Positions 19,888-28,826 of a DNA stretch of 63,215 bases are shown here, one piece after another. The DNA is from a virus (lineage: Duplodnaviria > Caudoviricetes), in the IMG/VR virus record IMGVR_UViG_3300020021_000008, positions 1 to 63,215 of that record. One strand, given 5' to 3'. The notes below the pieces were generated by a model. That model was not told the origin of the DNA. It saw only the letters and a list, made by a program, of their open reading frames with translations, and searched no databases. A program made the translations under genes and the position numbers. How positions within the stretch are numbered: the first letter of the stretch is position 1; every line of letters starts with the position of its first letter.

Positions 19888-19912
19888 CCGCAAACTAGGG
19901 AGTACCCAACCA

Positions 19913-20371
19913 GTGTCGCTTAGCCCAACCGGCCTGACCCTCAGCCTAACCTTCGATCTCGGCCCCAGGCACTTCCGAGTGTGGAGCGATCCGCTCTACC
20001 GCACAGCCCTCACCATACAGGAACTCGAACCCGGCGCTCCGCCCCTCCAGCTGCCATTTCAGCGCCACTGGGCCGGGTTCGACCCAGAGCTTATCGTCAA
20101 GCGCGCCCTCTACATCATTGCCCAGGCAGACTATTTCGGCGAGGCTAAGGCCTCGTCCAGCCATGCCCCAGTCCACTACATCCCAGCCCGACAGGCAGCA
20201 GGCCACCGCGACGATTGCACCACCTGCGGTGGCTTTGCCCTAGCCTACAAGCGCAAACACAACCACAGTTGCCCCGGATGCGCAGGCACCGGAGTGAAAT
20301 CCCCCAAGGGGGCCACTTCCAAGCCGTCCAGCCGCAAACCCGCCCTCTCCCTCGCGGACATAGGGCTATGA
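19913..20371 (+). CDS. Zn-ribbon protein ending SLADIGL
   Basis: CTTCGG..CPGCAGTG; GGGAG RBS. Confidence 0.65.
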   Translation: MSLSPTGLTLSLTFDLGPRHFRVWSDPLYRTALTIQELEPGAPPLQLPFQRHWAGFDPELIVKRALYIIAQADYFGEAKASSSHAPVHYIPARQAAGHRDDCTTCGGFALAYKRKHNHSCPGCAGTGVKSPKGATSKPSSRKPALSLADIGL

Positions 20372-20534
20372 GCATCATATACCTCACATTCCCAAACTAC
20401 CGCCGGAGCAGTCCTATGCCACCTGCCCCAACCACCGAGGGCATAGCAGGGATTATCCTGCTGGTGTTCTCAGCCATCATAGTGGTGACACTCGTCAGCC
20501 TCTTCGCCCTCGCGCTTTTCTCATAGGTGTTGTC

Positions 20535-20795
20535 ATGGCCCCTGTTCCGTTCTCCGTTCACGAGCATATTGCAGAACGTGCCCACCACGCTCGACGTGGC
20601 CATCCTGCAATCCCTGCCGGAACCAAGCTATTTCTCATAGCCCTCCCAGGTGGAGGATGGTTCTCCTACTCCTATGTGTTCGAGGATGCTGCAAGGGCAG
20701 TTGCAGATAAGCTCGATCGCGATCGCTCCCTCGATCCTAACTTCAACCGCCGTGCTGACCCTGAGCATTGCCTGCACTCTCACATTCGCGAGTGA
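20535..20795 (+). CDS. Hypothetical protein
   Basis: AGGTG RBS; early strand. Confidence 0.45.
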   Translation: MAPVPFSVHEHIAERAHHARRGHPAIPAGTKLFLIALPGGGWFSYSYVFEDAARAVADKLDRDRSLDPNFNRRADPEHCLHSHIRE

Positions 20796-20906
20796 GTACG
20801 CGCGCCGAGGCGCGTAACGCGCGCACAGGTGTTCTATTCTTATGGTGTTACGGGCGATCTTCGATCGCCTCCGTCCAACCAAAACCCCAGCCAAGGAGCA
20901 CCTCCA

Positions 20907-21143
20907 ATGAACACCGAATACGATTATCCCGAAGGCTCCGACCCCGACTGGACCGACGAAGAGGGCCACCAGTTCGCCGACCCAGGCGGCCGAAGTGCCC
21001 TGCGCGCCTCTTCGGCCCGCAATCCTCGCAACCTCCCATGTCCGAACTGCGAGGAGCCCAATCGGCTTACTCCCCGTGACCATGCCCTGGGCTACCAGTG
21101 CGACAGCTGCGCCGACTGCGCAGAGCGTGGAGGGGAGTACTAG
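20907..21143 (+). CDS. Small Zn-finger protein
   Basis: AAGGAG RBS; CPNC..CDSCADC. Confidence 0.7.
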   Translation: MNTEYDYPEGSDPDWTDEEGHQFADPGGRSALRASSARNPRNLPCPNCEEPNRLTPRDHALGYQCDSCADCAERGGEY

Positions 21144-21147
21144 CACC

Positions 21148-21366
21148 ATGGAAAAGCGCCTTACCATGCTTGGCGAACTCCAGTTCGCCTTCCTCAATTT
21201 CGCCGAGGCCGGAAACCTCCTCCACGAGGCCATCGACGCCTATCGCGTCGCAAACGAGGACTTTCCAGGTGACTCAATGCTCGAAGCGGTGCAAGTGTAT
21301 CTCGAAACCGCTCCGGATTTGCCTGATATCGAAGGAGATACCTGGCAACCGTATGTAGGACCATAG
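21148..21366 (+). CDS. Hypothetical protein
   Basis: Tight operon spacing. Confidence 0.6.
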   Translation: MEKRLTMLGELQFAFLNFAEAGNLLHEAIDAYRVANEDFPGDSMLEAVQVYLETAPDLPDIEGDTWQPYVGP

Positions 21367-21368
21367 CC

Positions 21369-21560
21369 ATGACCATTCCCGAGATCAAACTCCTACCCAC
21401 CTGGGAGGAGTGCGAAACGGCCAGCGCTGCTGGTTCCGCCACTCCCCTCCAACTCTTCATCTACCTCGAGGAGACCGCCGAGCCCGACACGCACCTCTTC
21501 CGCGAGCGCCTAATCGCCCTACTCAACTCAATCACCACAGACACCTGGCAGGAGTCCTAA
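21369..21560 (+). CDS. Hypothetical protein
   Basis: AGGA RBS; operon spacing. Confidence 0.6.
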   Translation: MTIPEIKLLPTWEECETASAAGSATPLQLFIYLEETAEPDTHLFRERLIALLNSITTDTWQES

Positions 21561-21562
21561 TC

Positions 21563-21748
21563 ATGCAAACCATCTCCATCATGAAGCCCACTCGCGGTAA
21601 CTCTGGTTGGATCGTCTGGATCCAGGTGGATGGCCACCAGTCGGTAGCGGTATTGCACTCTAATGCCGACACCGCAACGCTCCGCGCCTCCACCATCGCC
21701 GGCGTCCTCCGTGATACCCTTTCCCTCCACCCCCACCTAGAATTCTAG
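21563..21748 (+). CDS. Hypothetical protein
   Basis: AGGAG RBS; followed by a UUCG hairpin TAGAATTCTAGCCC-TTCG-GGCTAGAATTCTA. Confidence 0.55.
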   Translation: MQTISIMKPTRGNSGWIVWIQVDGHQSVAVLHSNADTATLRASTIAGVLRDTLSLHPHLEF

Positions 21749-21798
21749 CCCTTCGGGCTAGAATTCTACCCACCACCTGTAACCACGGAGCACCTCCA

Positions 21799-22167
21799 AT
21801 GTATGTTCATGTCGGGAACGAGTGTGATGGCCGCTGGGTCAAAGCCTTCAACACCGAGGCCGAGGCACGCACCAGCATCAAAGCCTATGCTATTATCGAC
21901 GAGTCCGACGCCCTCCCCCGTCGAGGAGTAAGTTACCACAGTGATATCGGCGGAACCCACTCCTACCACCGCCTCCCCCCAATTACTCACGCCACTCTCG
22001 TCGCGGCGCAATTCGAGTCCCTTCTCGATGCCTTCGACTCCCGCGAATGCGGCACCCTCACCGCCGCCCAGGTGGAGTTGTTGGCTCGAGTGGAACCGAC
22101 CTATGCCGAAGAAGAGCGCGGTGCCGCCATTCCAGAGCCGCCGAGAGGCGGCTCGCCCCAGCGCTGA
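21799..22167 (+). CDS. Hypothetical protein
   Basis: GGAGCACCTCCAATG leader, identical to the leader of 20907. Confidence 0.6.
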   Translation: MYVHVGNECDGRWVKAFNTEAEARTSIKAYAIIDESDALPRRGVSYHSDIGGTHSYHRLPPITHATLVAAQFESLLDAFDSRECGTLTAAQVELLARVEPTYAEEERGAAIPEPPRGGSPQR

Positions 22168-22285
22168 TAGGAGCACATTTCATGAGCACATTGCAGAGCA
22201 CCTTACTAGCCTATGCTGTTGAGCGAGCGATCACGAGACTCTTCCGAGGGCTTCGCCCTCTCCCTCTTACTCCGGAGTCATTGCA

Positions 22286-22714
22286 ATGCCTTTCGATGCA
22301 GCACCAGAGACCGGCAAAGCCGGTCTCGCTCCCTGGCAAACCCTTCTCCTCGACGCCGCTGATATCATGGAGCGTCGAGGCGGATGTAAAGGCGAGCTTG
22401 TCAACAAGCGTGGCGAGGTGTGTTTCCTCGGCGCCCTGTCCGCCAGCGCATACGGCGATCCCTTCGCCCTCCATCACACCGGGGGTCGTTGTGACCATAA
22501 CTCCCCTTTAATGCAAGCTGTCAGCGCAATGGCTCGCCACACTCACGCACCTCGCCCCCACGACGCCGAGCAGTACGCTCGCCAGATGAGCCACACAGCT
22601 ACGTGGAACAACTACTACGCGCATACCACCCAGTTTATCGTTGCCACCATGCGAACAGTCGCCGTCCACGGCAGGCCTCACACCAGTCCCTGGGAGGAGG
22701 TCGCCCCGCTCTAG
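22286..22714 (+). CDS. DUF6197-like protein (MPFD start)
   Basis: LLDAADIMERRG..G..C.LGAL..WNN. Confidence 0.6.
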   Translation: MPFDAAPETGKAGLAPWQTLLLDAADIMERRGGCKGELVNKRGEVCFLGALSASAYGDPFALHHTGGRCDHNSPLMQAVSAMARHTHAPRPHDAEQYARQMSHTATWNNYYAHTTQFIVATMRTVAVHGRPHTSPWEEVAPL

Positions 22715-22760
22715 TCACCACTTATCCTGACGCTCAACCGCCTTTCTCGGAGCACTTCTC

Positions 22761-22985
22761 TTGCAGCTCTTTTACATTAACTACACCGAACGGAGCCCGT
22801 CGGGCTCCACTGACACGGATTACCAAGCGGGACCATTCCCCACACCAGCGATAGCGGAGCAACGTATCGCCGAACTCGAATGTGAACCCCGCGTGAGAGC
22901 AATCTATGTCAGCGACTTCCGAAATTGTCGCCGAGCGTTAGTTTCAACCCAAACCACGGAGCCACTCCAATGCCCTTCGACCTAA
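22761..22985 (+). CDS. Hypothetical protein
   Basis: GGAG RBS before TTG. Confidence 0.45.
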   Translation: MQLFYINYTERSPSGSTDTDYQAGPFPTPAIAEQRIAELECEPRVRAIYVSDFRNCRRALVSTQTTEPLQCPST

Positions 22986-23344
22986 GCCCTCCAGAGCCCA
23001 CTCCCCGCACCATCTCCACGGTACTACTCAAGGCCGCAGAGTTAATCCGCACTCATGGCCTCGCCAAGTTCCTCCGCCAGGACGACGCCGGCCAGCTCTG
23101 CATCCATGGAGCCATCTGCATGGCCCTCTACAACAACCCTTACGGAGCCAACCGGGACTGTGACATGTACGATCCTGCACAGCACAAAATTGGTCAGCTC
23201 ATCCGACGTGAACTGGGACACGTTAGCTGGCCAGGCGATTGGGGCTGTGCTTACTGGAACAACGCCCCAGAGCGCACCGCCGAGGAGGTCATCGCAGTGC
23301 TCATCAAAACGGCCGCCGCCGAGCACGCCGCAGCAGCGCTCTAG
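22970..23344 (+). CDS. DUF6197-like protein (MPFD start), paralog of 22286
   Basis: LLKAAELIRTHG..G.LCIHGAI..WNN.PERTAEEVIAVL. Confidence 0.65.
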   Translation: MPFDLSPPEPTPRTISTVLLKAAELIRTHGLAKFLRQDDAGQLCIHGAICMALYNNPYGANRDCDMYDPAQHKIGQLIRRELGHVSWPGDWGCAYWNNAPERTAEEVIAVLIKTAAAEHAAAAL

Positions 23345-23437
23345 GACGAAACGGAGCCCTCTGGGCTCCGTCACGAGGTATTGCCTCGTCTGATGAGTCC
23401 GAGCGGGCCTTCGGCCCGCTCCTATGGAGTAATTGCT

Positions 23438-24796
23438 ATGCGAACATCTACAGCAATAGGCTTGGCCCTAGTGGCGTTCGCATACGCCATTCCGCCCAAT
23501 GCCCTTGCGCAGACTGCCAGCCCCACCACCATCAACGCCTGCACCACCGCCCCCAGTGGTGTTAAGGCCTGCGTCACCGGAACCCTCACCATCACCGTGA
23601 CCCCTGCTGCAGTGAGCCCTCCTCCTCCACCTCCCCCACCTCCTCCACCACCGCCCCCACCGCCACCATCGACCAGCTACGTCTGCCTCCGCAACTGGTA
23701 CGTCAGTCCCGGCGGAGGCGGCGCAGGCACCAGCGCCAGTCCGTGGCCCAGCATTTCTGCCGCCGACACCAGCGGAAAGCTCGCCGCCGGCGATTGCATC
23801 AATGTGGCCAGCGGCACCTACAGCAGCGGCCCGACAACACTGTCGCATGGTGGCAACGCCAATGCCGTCAGCGGCTACGTCGTCTATCGGAGCGCTACGA
23901 AGGGCGCCGCTCACCTCGTCGCCACTGGCAGCATGCAGAACTGGATCCAGGTAAACGCCCCCTACGTAGTGTTCGACGGGTTCGACCTCAACGGTGGCAA
24001 CAGCGGGCGAAGCAGTTCCCCTGTGACTGCTGGCGCATGCCTCACCGGCCAAAGCCATCATTTCCAGGCCCTCAACAACACCGCTCACGACTGCGGCGGG
24101 GCCGGCATCGGAGCCCTCTACCAGGATTGGTACTGGTTTGTTGGCAACGTGGTGCATGACTGCGCCAAGTTCTCTGGCTACCAGGAGTCCGGGATCAGCA
24201 TCTACGAACCAGCCAAGGTCACGTTTACCGCAACAGCACTTGACACCAGTGCCACCTACCACATCCAGGTCACCGGGAACACCACCTACTCCAACGCCGA
24301 GACCTACCTCCCAGGAACCGGCCACACGGATGGCAACGGAATTATCCTCGATGATTTCCTAGACGCTCAGGGCAACAATCCCAACGTCCCAGCCGGTACG
24401 GTCTACCCCTACAAGAGCCTGGTTAGCGGCAACACCAGCTACAACAACGGTGGGAGGGGGATACATAGTTTCTCCAGCACCGGGATCACCATAACCGCCA
24501 ATACAGTATACAACAACGTGCTCGACACCTCACTCCTGGGCCAAGAGCGCGGAGGCCTCTCCGTGGTCAACAGCACCAACACCACCATTACTGCCAACAA
24601 AGCCGCAGCACCAACGAGTTCCACGGGCCTCCTCCAGTACGGCACCGCCGCTATGGACAAGCGTTCCAGTGGCTCCACCTGGAGCGGCAACGCCACCTTC
24701 GACCCTCGCAACGGCCAACGCAGCATGAACACCGACAACTCAGCACTTTCCAGCTCATTTCCCGGCAACAACCCACTCGGTGGTCCGTTGCCATAG
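23438..24796 (+). CDS. Secreted right-handed parallel beta-helix (pectin-lyase-fold) protein, paralog of the tailspike C-terminal domain
   Basis: Signal peptide ending NALA-Q, poly-Pro linker, HDCGGAGI, HTDGNGIILDDF, NNGGRGIH; ends FPGNNPLGGPLP like 61348. Confidence 0.85.
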   Translation: MRTSTAIGLALVAFAYAIPPNALAQTASPTTINACTTAPSGVKACVTGTLTITVTPAAVSPPPPPPPPPPPPPPPPPSTSYVCLRNWYVSPGGGGAGTSASPWPSISAADTSGKLAAGDCINVASGTYSSGPTTLSHGGNANAVSGYVVYRSATKGAAHLVATGSMQNWIQVNAPYVVFDGFDLNGGNSGRSSSPVTAGACLTGQSHHFQALNNTAHDCGGAGIGALYQDWYWFVGNVVHDCAKFSGYQESGISIYEPAKVTFTATALDTSATYHIQVTGNTTYSNAETYLPGTGHTDGNGIILDDFLDAQGNNPNVPAGTVYPYKSLVSGNTSYNNGGRGIHSFSSTGITITANTVYNNVLDTSLLGQERGGLSVVNSTNTTITANKAAAPTSSTGLLQYGTAAMDKRSSGSTWSGNATFDPRNGQRSMNTDNSALSSSFPGNNPLGGPLP

Positions 24797-24835
24797 GCGT
24801 GCAAGCGCGCCTACCCTTCACCTGGGAGACTAGCC

Positions 24836-25021
24836 GTGATTGATCTAGCAGACCTTTTCGTCGGGTACGTTATCATCTGCGCGATAATCTATGGCGTGTA
24901 TCGCGTACTCGTAGCGGTCCCGCGCCTCCAGCGGCATAAACCAACTCTCCTGTTGGTGCTCCGCACCAGCGTCATTCTCACGGGCATCCTGTTTCTCATC
25001 AGTGCCATAATCCCCGAGTAA
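24836..25021 (+). CDS. Small membrane protein
   Basis: Two hydrophobic helices; GGGAG RBS. Confidence 0.55.
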   Translation: MIDLADLFVGYVIICAIIYGVYRVLVAVPRLQRHKPTLLLVLRTSVILTGILFLISAIIPE

Positions 25022-25037
25022 GCGCGGAGGCATTCTC

Positions 25038-25286
25038 ATGGACCCTAATCCTCCGACGGAGTTCGAAATCGAAGTATGGAAGCAGAAAATTGCCCGCCTC
25101 ACTCGCGAGGAGTGTGCTCGACTATACCGCTTCGCCCCGACTGGCCATCCGGTATTCAACTCCGAGCTTCCGCTCTACGCCTTGTTCACCGAGCGCTATT
25201 CGGCGCTCGGCGGACTGGACGCAGAACTTTCCCACAAGATCGGATGGAGCGAGGGTCCTCAGGGCATTCCAACCGTGGAGCTGTAA
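25038..25286 (+). CDS. Hypothetical protein
   Basis: GGAGG RBS; RLYRFAPTGHPVF..GG..LSHKIGW. Confidence 0.65.
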   Translation: MDPNPPTEFEIEVWKQKIARLTREECARLYRFAPTGHPVFNSELPLYALFTERYSALGGLDAELSHKIGWSEGPQGIPTVEL

Positions 25287-26236
25287 CCAACAATTTCGAC
25301 CTAGCCCGACTACTGTTGGCACTGGATGTAGTCGCCACCCATACCCAAACTCTGTTGCACCTTCCGAGAAGCACTGCAAGTGCAGTGCTTCTCCGTGGCG
25401 ACCTCGCAGTCTACGGATTTTTCATCATCTCGGGGTTTCTGATCTTTCGGAGTGCCCGCCGGAGCGACCTAAAGTCGTATGCACTGAAGCGTCTCCGACG
25501 AGTGTTACCGGCCTATGCGGCCGTAGGAGTGGTCTGTGTGCTGGTCGGTTCACTCATCACCACAGCACCAGTTACGGTCTACTGGATCGACGCTACAAAG
25601 TACCTTCTAGCTCATCTCGCATTCGCCACCTTCGCCCACCCAGGCCTCCTTGGTGTGTTTACCTCGAACGAATTCCACTACGTGAACGGAGTCCTCTGGA
25701 CCCTCAAGATCGAAGTCGGGTTCTACGCCCTGGTGCCGCTACTACTACGAGTTCGGGTTCCATTCAGCGTCACCGCCCCCGTTATTTACGCCGGAGCAAT
25801 CTTGTGGTTTACATTCCTATCCACAACGCACTACACGCTGGCCACCCAGTTGCCCGGTCAACTCTCCTACTTTATGGCAGGAGCGCTCATCGAGCGGTAC
25901 GAGCGAGCCTTCCGCCGCAGCTATGGCGGAGTACTTTGCGTGGCCCTAGCCATCATAGCGTCACAATGGTATCCACTGTTCCCGGCCGCTCTCGCGGTGT
26001 TGGTATTGGGCTTCTGCATAGTATTGCCGCCCCTGGCTCACGCCTCACGCTTCGGAGACTTTTCATACGGAACTTACATCTGGCACTTCCCGACTCTCCA
26101 GCTCATTGCAACGCAACACTGGCCCGCTACTACCAGCACAGCCGTCGCACTTATCGCCATAGGTGTTGCGACAGTGTTCTCTTGGCACGTTATCGAAGAG
26201 CCCTGGTTACGGGGCTCCCCTCGAACCCAGTCCTAA
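25244..26236 (+). CDS. Acyltransferase-3 (OafA-like) membrane O-acyltransferase
   Basis: NNFDLARL, AVYGFFIISGFLI, KRLRRVLPAY, NGVLWTLKIEVGFY, GDFSYGTYIWHFP, SWHVIEEP; start uncertain. Confidence 0.9.
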   Translation: MERGSSGHSNRGAVTNNFDLARLLLALDVVATHTQTLLHLPRSTASAVLLRGDLAVYGFFIISGFLIFRSARRSDLKSYALKRLRRVLPAYAAVGVVCVLVGSLITTAPVTVYWIDATKYLLAHLAFATFAHPGLLGVFTSNEFHYVNGVLWTLKIEVGFYALVPLLLRVRVPFSVTAPVIYAGAILWFTFLSTTHYTLATQLPGQLSYFMAGALIERYERAFRRSYGGVLCVALAIIASQWYPLFPAALAVLVLGFCIVLPPLAHASRFGDFSYGTYIWHFPTLQLIATQHWPATTSTAVALIAIGVATVFSWHVIEEPWLRGSPRTQS

Positions 26237-26246
26237 GGATAAGCTC

Positions 26247-26459
26247 ATGCCTTTCATCGCCGACAGCATAGCCATCGCACCACCTCCAGCCGACGACGGC
26301 GAGGAGTGGGTCATCTGCGAGGACGAGTACGGCGACCCCTGGGAGTGCGAGTTCTGCCACAACACTGGCTGGTTGATTTTCCGCAACCACATCACCAAGG
26401 CCGAGCGCGCCGAGGTGTGTAGTGAGTGCGGCAACCCCCACGACCTCCCGAAGCCATAA
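26247..26459 (+). CDS. Small Zn-finger protein
   Basis: AAGGA RBS; CEFC..CSECGNP. Confidence 0.6.
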   Translation: MPFIADSIAIAPPPADDGEEWVICEDEYGDPWECEFCHNTGWLIFRNHITKAERAEVCSECGNPHDLPKP

Positions 26460-26475
26460 CCCAGGAGTTACCTTG

Positions 26476-26718
26476 ATGCCTGACACTTCGCCCCCGCCTC
26501 CTTCCGACGACGGCATCCAGCGTGCTTTCGAGGCCATCTTCAAAACCAGCAAAGAGCTTACCGAGGGTCCAGACCCGGTGAATGTCCCGCAGGTCATCCT
26601 CGCCATTACTCGCCTCCTTGGTATCACTCTCGACGCACTGGAGTCCCAGGACCCCGTAAGCGGCTCTCTCCTTCGCCTCGTCGCCCGCGTTACTCTTTTC
26701 TCGGAGCACAAGTTATGA
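26476..26718 (+). CDS. Small helical hypothetical protein
   Basis: AGGAG RBS; coupled operon. Confidence 0.55.
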   Translation: MPDTSPPPPSDDGIQRAFEAIFKTSKELTEGPDPVNVPQVILAITRLLGITLDALESQDPVSGSLLRLVARVTLFSEHKL

Positions 26719-27011
26719 CCGACGCACCCGACGGCCCAACTATGCTTGCAGTCATTCGCGCTCTGGATATTCTCGAGGATGCCGCTGATGGCGAGTCCAT
26801 TCGCTTCCTCAATCTCACTCTTATGGTCGTAGTGAACGTGCTGAACAAGATCGGTGTGGAGGAGCGTATGCCAGAGTTGGTCGATGCTTTCAGCGACAAG
26901 CTGCGAAAGAGCATAGCGCTGGTTGCCCAGGCCAAAGCAACAGGCGACATGAGCGACTACGAACGGAGAGTGGAGCGCGATCATGGAGAGGAGCGCGATC
27001 ATGGAGAATAG
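26715..27011 (+). CDS. Small helical hypothetical protein
   Basis: ATGA overlap. Confidence 0.6.
   Translation: MTDAPDGPTMLAVIRALDILEDAADGESIRFLNLTLMVVVNVLNKIGVEERMPELVDAFSDKLRKSIALVAQAKATGDMSDYERRVERDHGEERDHGE
26972..27007. repeat. 18-bp tandem duplication of an RBS plus start codon
   Basis: GGAGCGCGATCATGGAGA twice. Confidence 0.85.
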
Positions 27012-27276
27012 CATAAGTCGTCTCAAAGTCCTCCAGATCACCGCCGAGCTTATGGCCATCCATGACTCAGCCGAGGCCCTTATAATTCTCGAGGGAGTTG
27101 CCGTCGGAGTGCTTTTTCTGTGCGCAAAGTCGGGCCATCACGACGAGGTGGCGAAGCTGTTTTGCGAGGACGTGCTGAAGCAGATGAAGAGTTTCGAACG
27201 CTTCCACCGAGCCGCTGTGGAAGCCCGCAAGGCAGGTCCCACCGCTCCCACTCCGCCAGAGGATCCCCTAGCATGA
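27001..27276 (+). CDS. Small helical hypothetical protein
   Basis: Start at 26983 or 27001 (duplicated RBS). Confidence 0.6.
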   Translation: MENSISRLKVLQITAELMAIHDSAEALIILEGVAVGVLFLCAKSGHHDEVAKLFCEDVLKQMKSFERFHRAAVEARKAGPTAPTPPEDPLA

Positions 27277-27530
27277 TTACCGACGATCAAGGCCAAGCAA
27301 TCCTCGACCAGATAGTCGAGATCTCCAGCTCTCCACTGGAGGCCATGGAGTTGTGTGCCTCCATGCCAGCCACCTTTATCTACCACCACATCCCAGTATC
27401 TTCCACCGAGAACTTTCTCGTGGAGTACCTGGCCTCTATCCGCAGGTGCATCGAGGAGCACCAGCGTCTACACAACGCCCCAGACGGAACAGTCGACACT
27501 CCCGATACCGAGGCCAAGGAGCCCCTGTGA
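27273..27530 (+). CDS. Small helical protein, paralog of 36160-36387
   Basis: TDDQGQAILDQI versus TAEQGQALVDQI. Confidence 0.6.
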   Translation: MITDDQGQAILDQIVEISSSPLEAMELCASMPATFIYHHIPVSSTENFLVEYLASIRRCIEEHQRLHNAPDGTVDTPDTEAKEPL

Positions 27531-27958
27531 TGACCGAGATCCACCTAGTCGCCACCCTCGTTGGAATGCACTTCCGCCCACCAGCCAAGGCCGTGCTCGC
27601 GCACCTCCCCGCCGAAGCCCAAGTCGATCTAATCCCGGAGCCGGACAATCCCTACGACGAGTTCGCGGTCAAGGTGTTAGTCGATCCCGATGCAGTCCCT
27701 GAGGACGAGTACGAGGCGCTGAGAGAGGATCTCGCCGCAAGCGGCTTCGACCTAGAGGAGCTACTCGGTGGCCCCTTCCTCCAGCTTGGTTACGTCGGCT
27801 CCAAACCAGGCAAAGCCGGACCAGTCTTTGGTGTCACCTACGCCCCGGAGTTGCAACCTCAGCTGCTCTCCGCCGAGGACTACAAAGCCACTCTCGGGTT
27901 CGACGTAAGCGGCGATCCTCTAGTCCACATTACAATTATCACCGAGGAGGCAACCTGA
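27530..27958 (+). CDS. HIRAN-domain protein
   Basis: LVGMHFR..VDLIPEPDNPYDEFAVKV..LGYV; TGATG overlaps at both ends. Confidence 0.75.
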   Translation: MTEIHLVATLVGMHFRPPAKAVLAHLPAEAQVDLIPEPDNPYDEFAVKVLVDPDAVPEDEYEALREDLAASGFDLEELLGGPFLQLGYVGSKPGKAGPVFGVTYAPELQPQLLSAEDYKATLGFDVSGDPLVHITIITEEAT

Positions 27959-28824
27959 TGCCTACCAATCCCAACGACCTCAGACCTGATCTGGATCCAG
28001 TCGCGAGGCTGACTCGCGACATTCGCAACGCGGCAAGGACTCTCTCCACCGCCGAGGCGAGGTTCCTCGTCGATAGTTACTACCAAATGCAGCGGGATCG
28101 CATCCGTGCTGCTCACCAAGAGCGAACCCTCTCCGAAGGTGCCGAGCCCCACGACACCATGATGTGGCTGATGGGCCAGCGAGTCACCCTGGAGCAGCAG
28201 GTCGCCAGGGCACTGGACGCCTACAGCGCCAGCCATCCAGTAGGCGACTGGGCACGGAGCATATGCGGCATCGGCCCAGTGATCGCCGCCGGTCTCCTTG
28301 CTCACATCGATATCACCAAAGCCCCCAGCGTCGGTCATATCTGGCGCTTCGCCGGGCTGGACCCAACCGTGAAGTGGACCAAGGGCAACAAGCGCCCTTG
28401 GAACGGCGCGCTCAAGAGGCTCTGCTGGCTCATCGGCGAGTCGTTCGTCAAAGTGTCCAGCAATGAGAACGACATTTACGGCCAGATCTACAAGGCCCGC
28501 AAGGAACTCGAGATCCAGCGCAACGAGGCCGGTCGGTTCGCTGACCAGGCCAAAGCCGCGCTCGCCGAGAAGAAGTTCGGTGCCGACACCGAAGCTCGGA
28601 AGTGGTACGAGCTGGGAAAGTTACCGCCGGCAAGGATCCACCTGAGGTCCGAGCGTTACGCAGTTAAATTGTTCCTATCCCACCTCCACCACGTGATGTA
28701 CGAGAACCACTTTCACAAACCTCCTGAGAAACCCTACATCTTCAACGAGGGAGCAGCTATCGCCACGGGGACCGGACCGCATACCCATTACCTCGCCCCA
28801 CCGAACTGGCCCCGGAGCACCTAG
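27958..28824 (+). CDS. tasA: IS110-related Nop-domain RNA-guided DNA-binding protein (TasA-like, no nuclease domain)
   Basis: Coiled-coil N-terminus, GIGPVIAAGLLAHID..IWRFAGLDP..WNGALKRLCWLIGESFVK..YKARK..RYAVKLFLSHL; no DEDD RuvC and no IS110 SG motif; adjacent dual-spacer array. Confidence 0.8.
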   Translation: MPTNPNDLRPDLDPVARLTRDIRNAARTLSTAEARFLVDSYYQMQRDRIRAAHQERTLSEGAEPHDTMMWLMGQRVTLEQQVARALDAYSASHPVGDWARSICGIGPVIAAGLLAHIDITKAPSVGHIWRFAGLDPTVKWTKGNKRPWNGALKRLCWLIGESFVKVSSNENDIYGQIYKARKELEIQRNEAGRFADQAKAALAEKKFGADTEARKWYELGKLPPARIHLRSERYAVKLFLSHLHHVMYENHFHKPPEKPYIFNEGAAIATGTGPHTHYLAPPNWPRST

Positions 28825-28826
28825 AG

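Noticed and set aside
23617-23667. CCN triplet repeat as a DNA element
   Set aside because: It encodes the poly-proline linker of the secreted protein
23438-24796. Diversity-generating retroelement template/variable repeat pair with the tailspike
   Set aside because: No reverse transcriptase is present, and the divergence is general rather than adenine-specific
27958-28824. IS110 insertion sequence/transposase
   Set aside because: Lacks the N-terminal DEDD domain and the catalytic SG motif, and is embedded in a coupled phage operon next to a guide array
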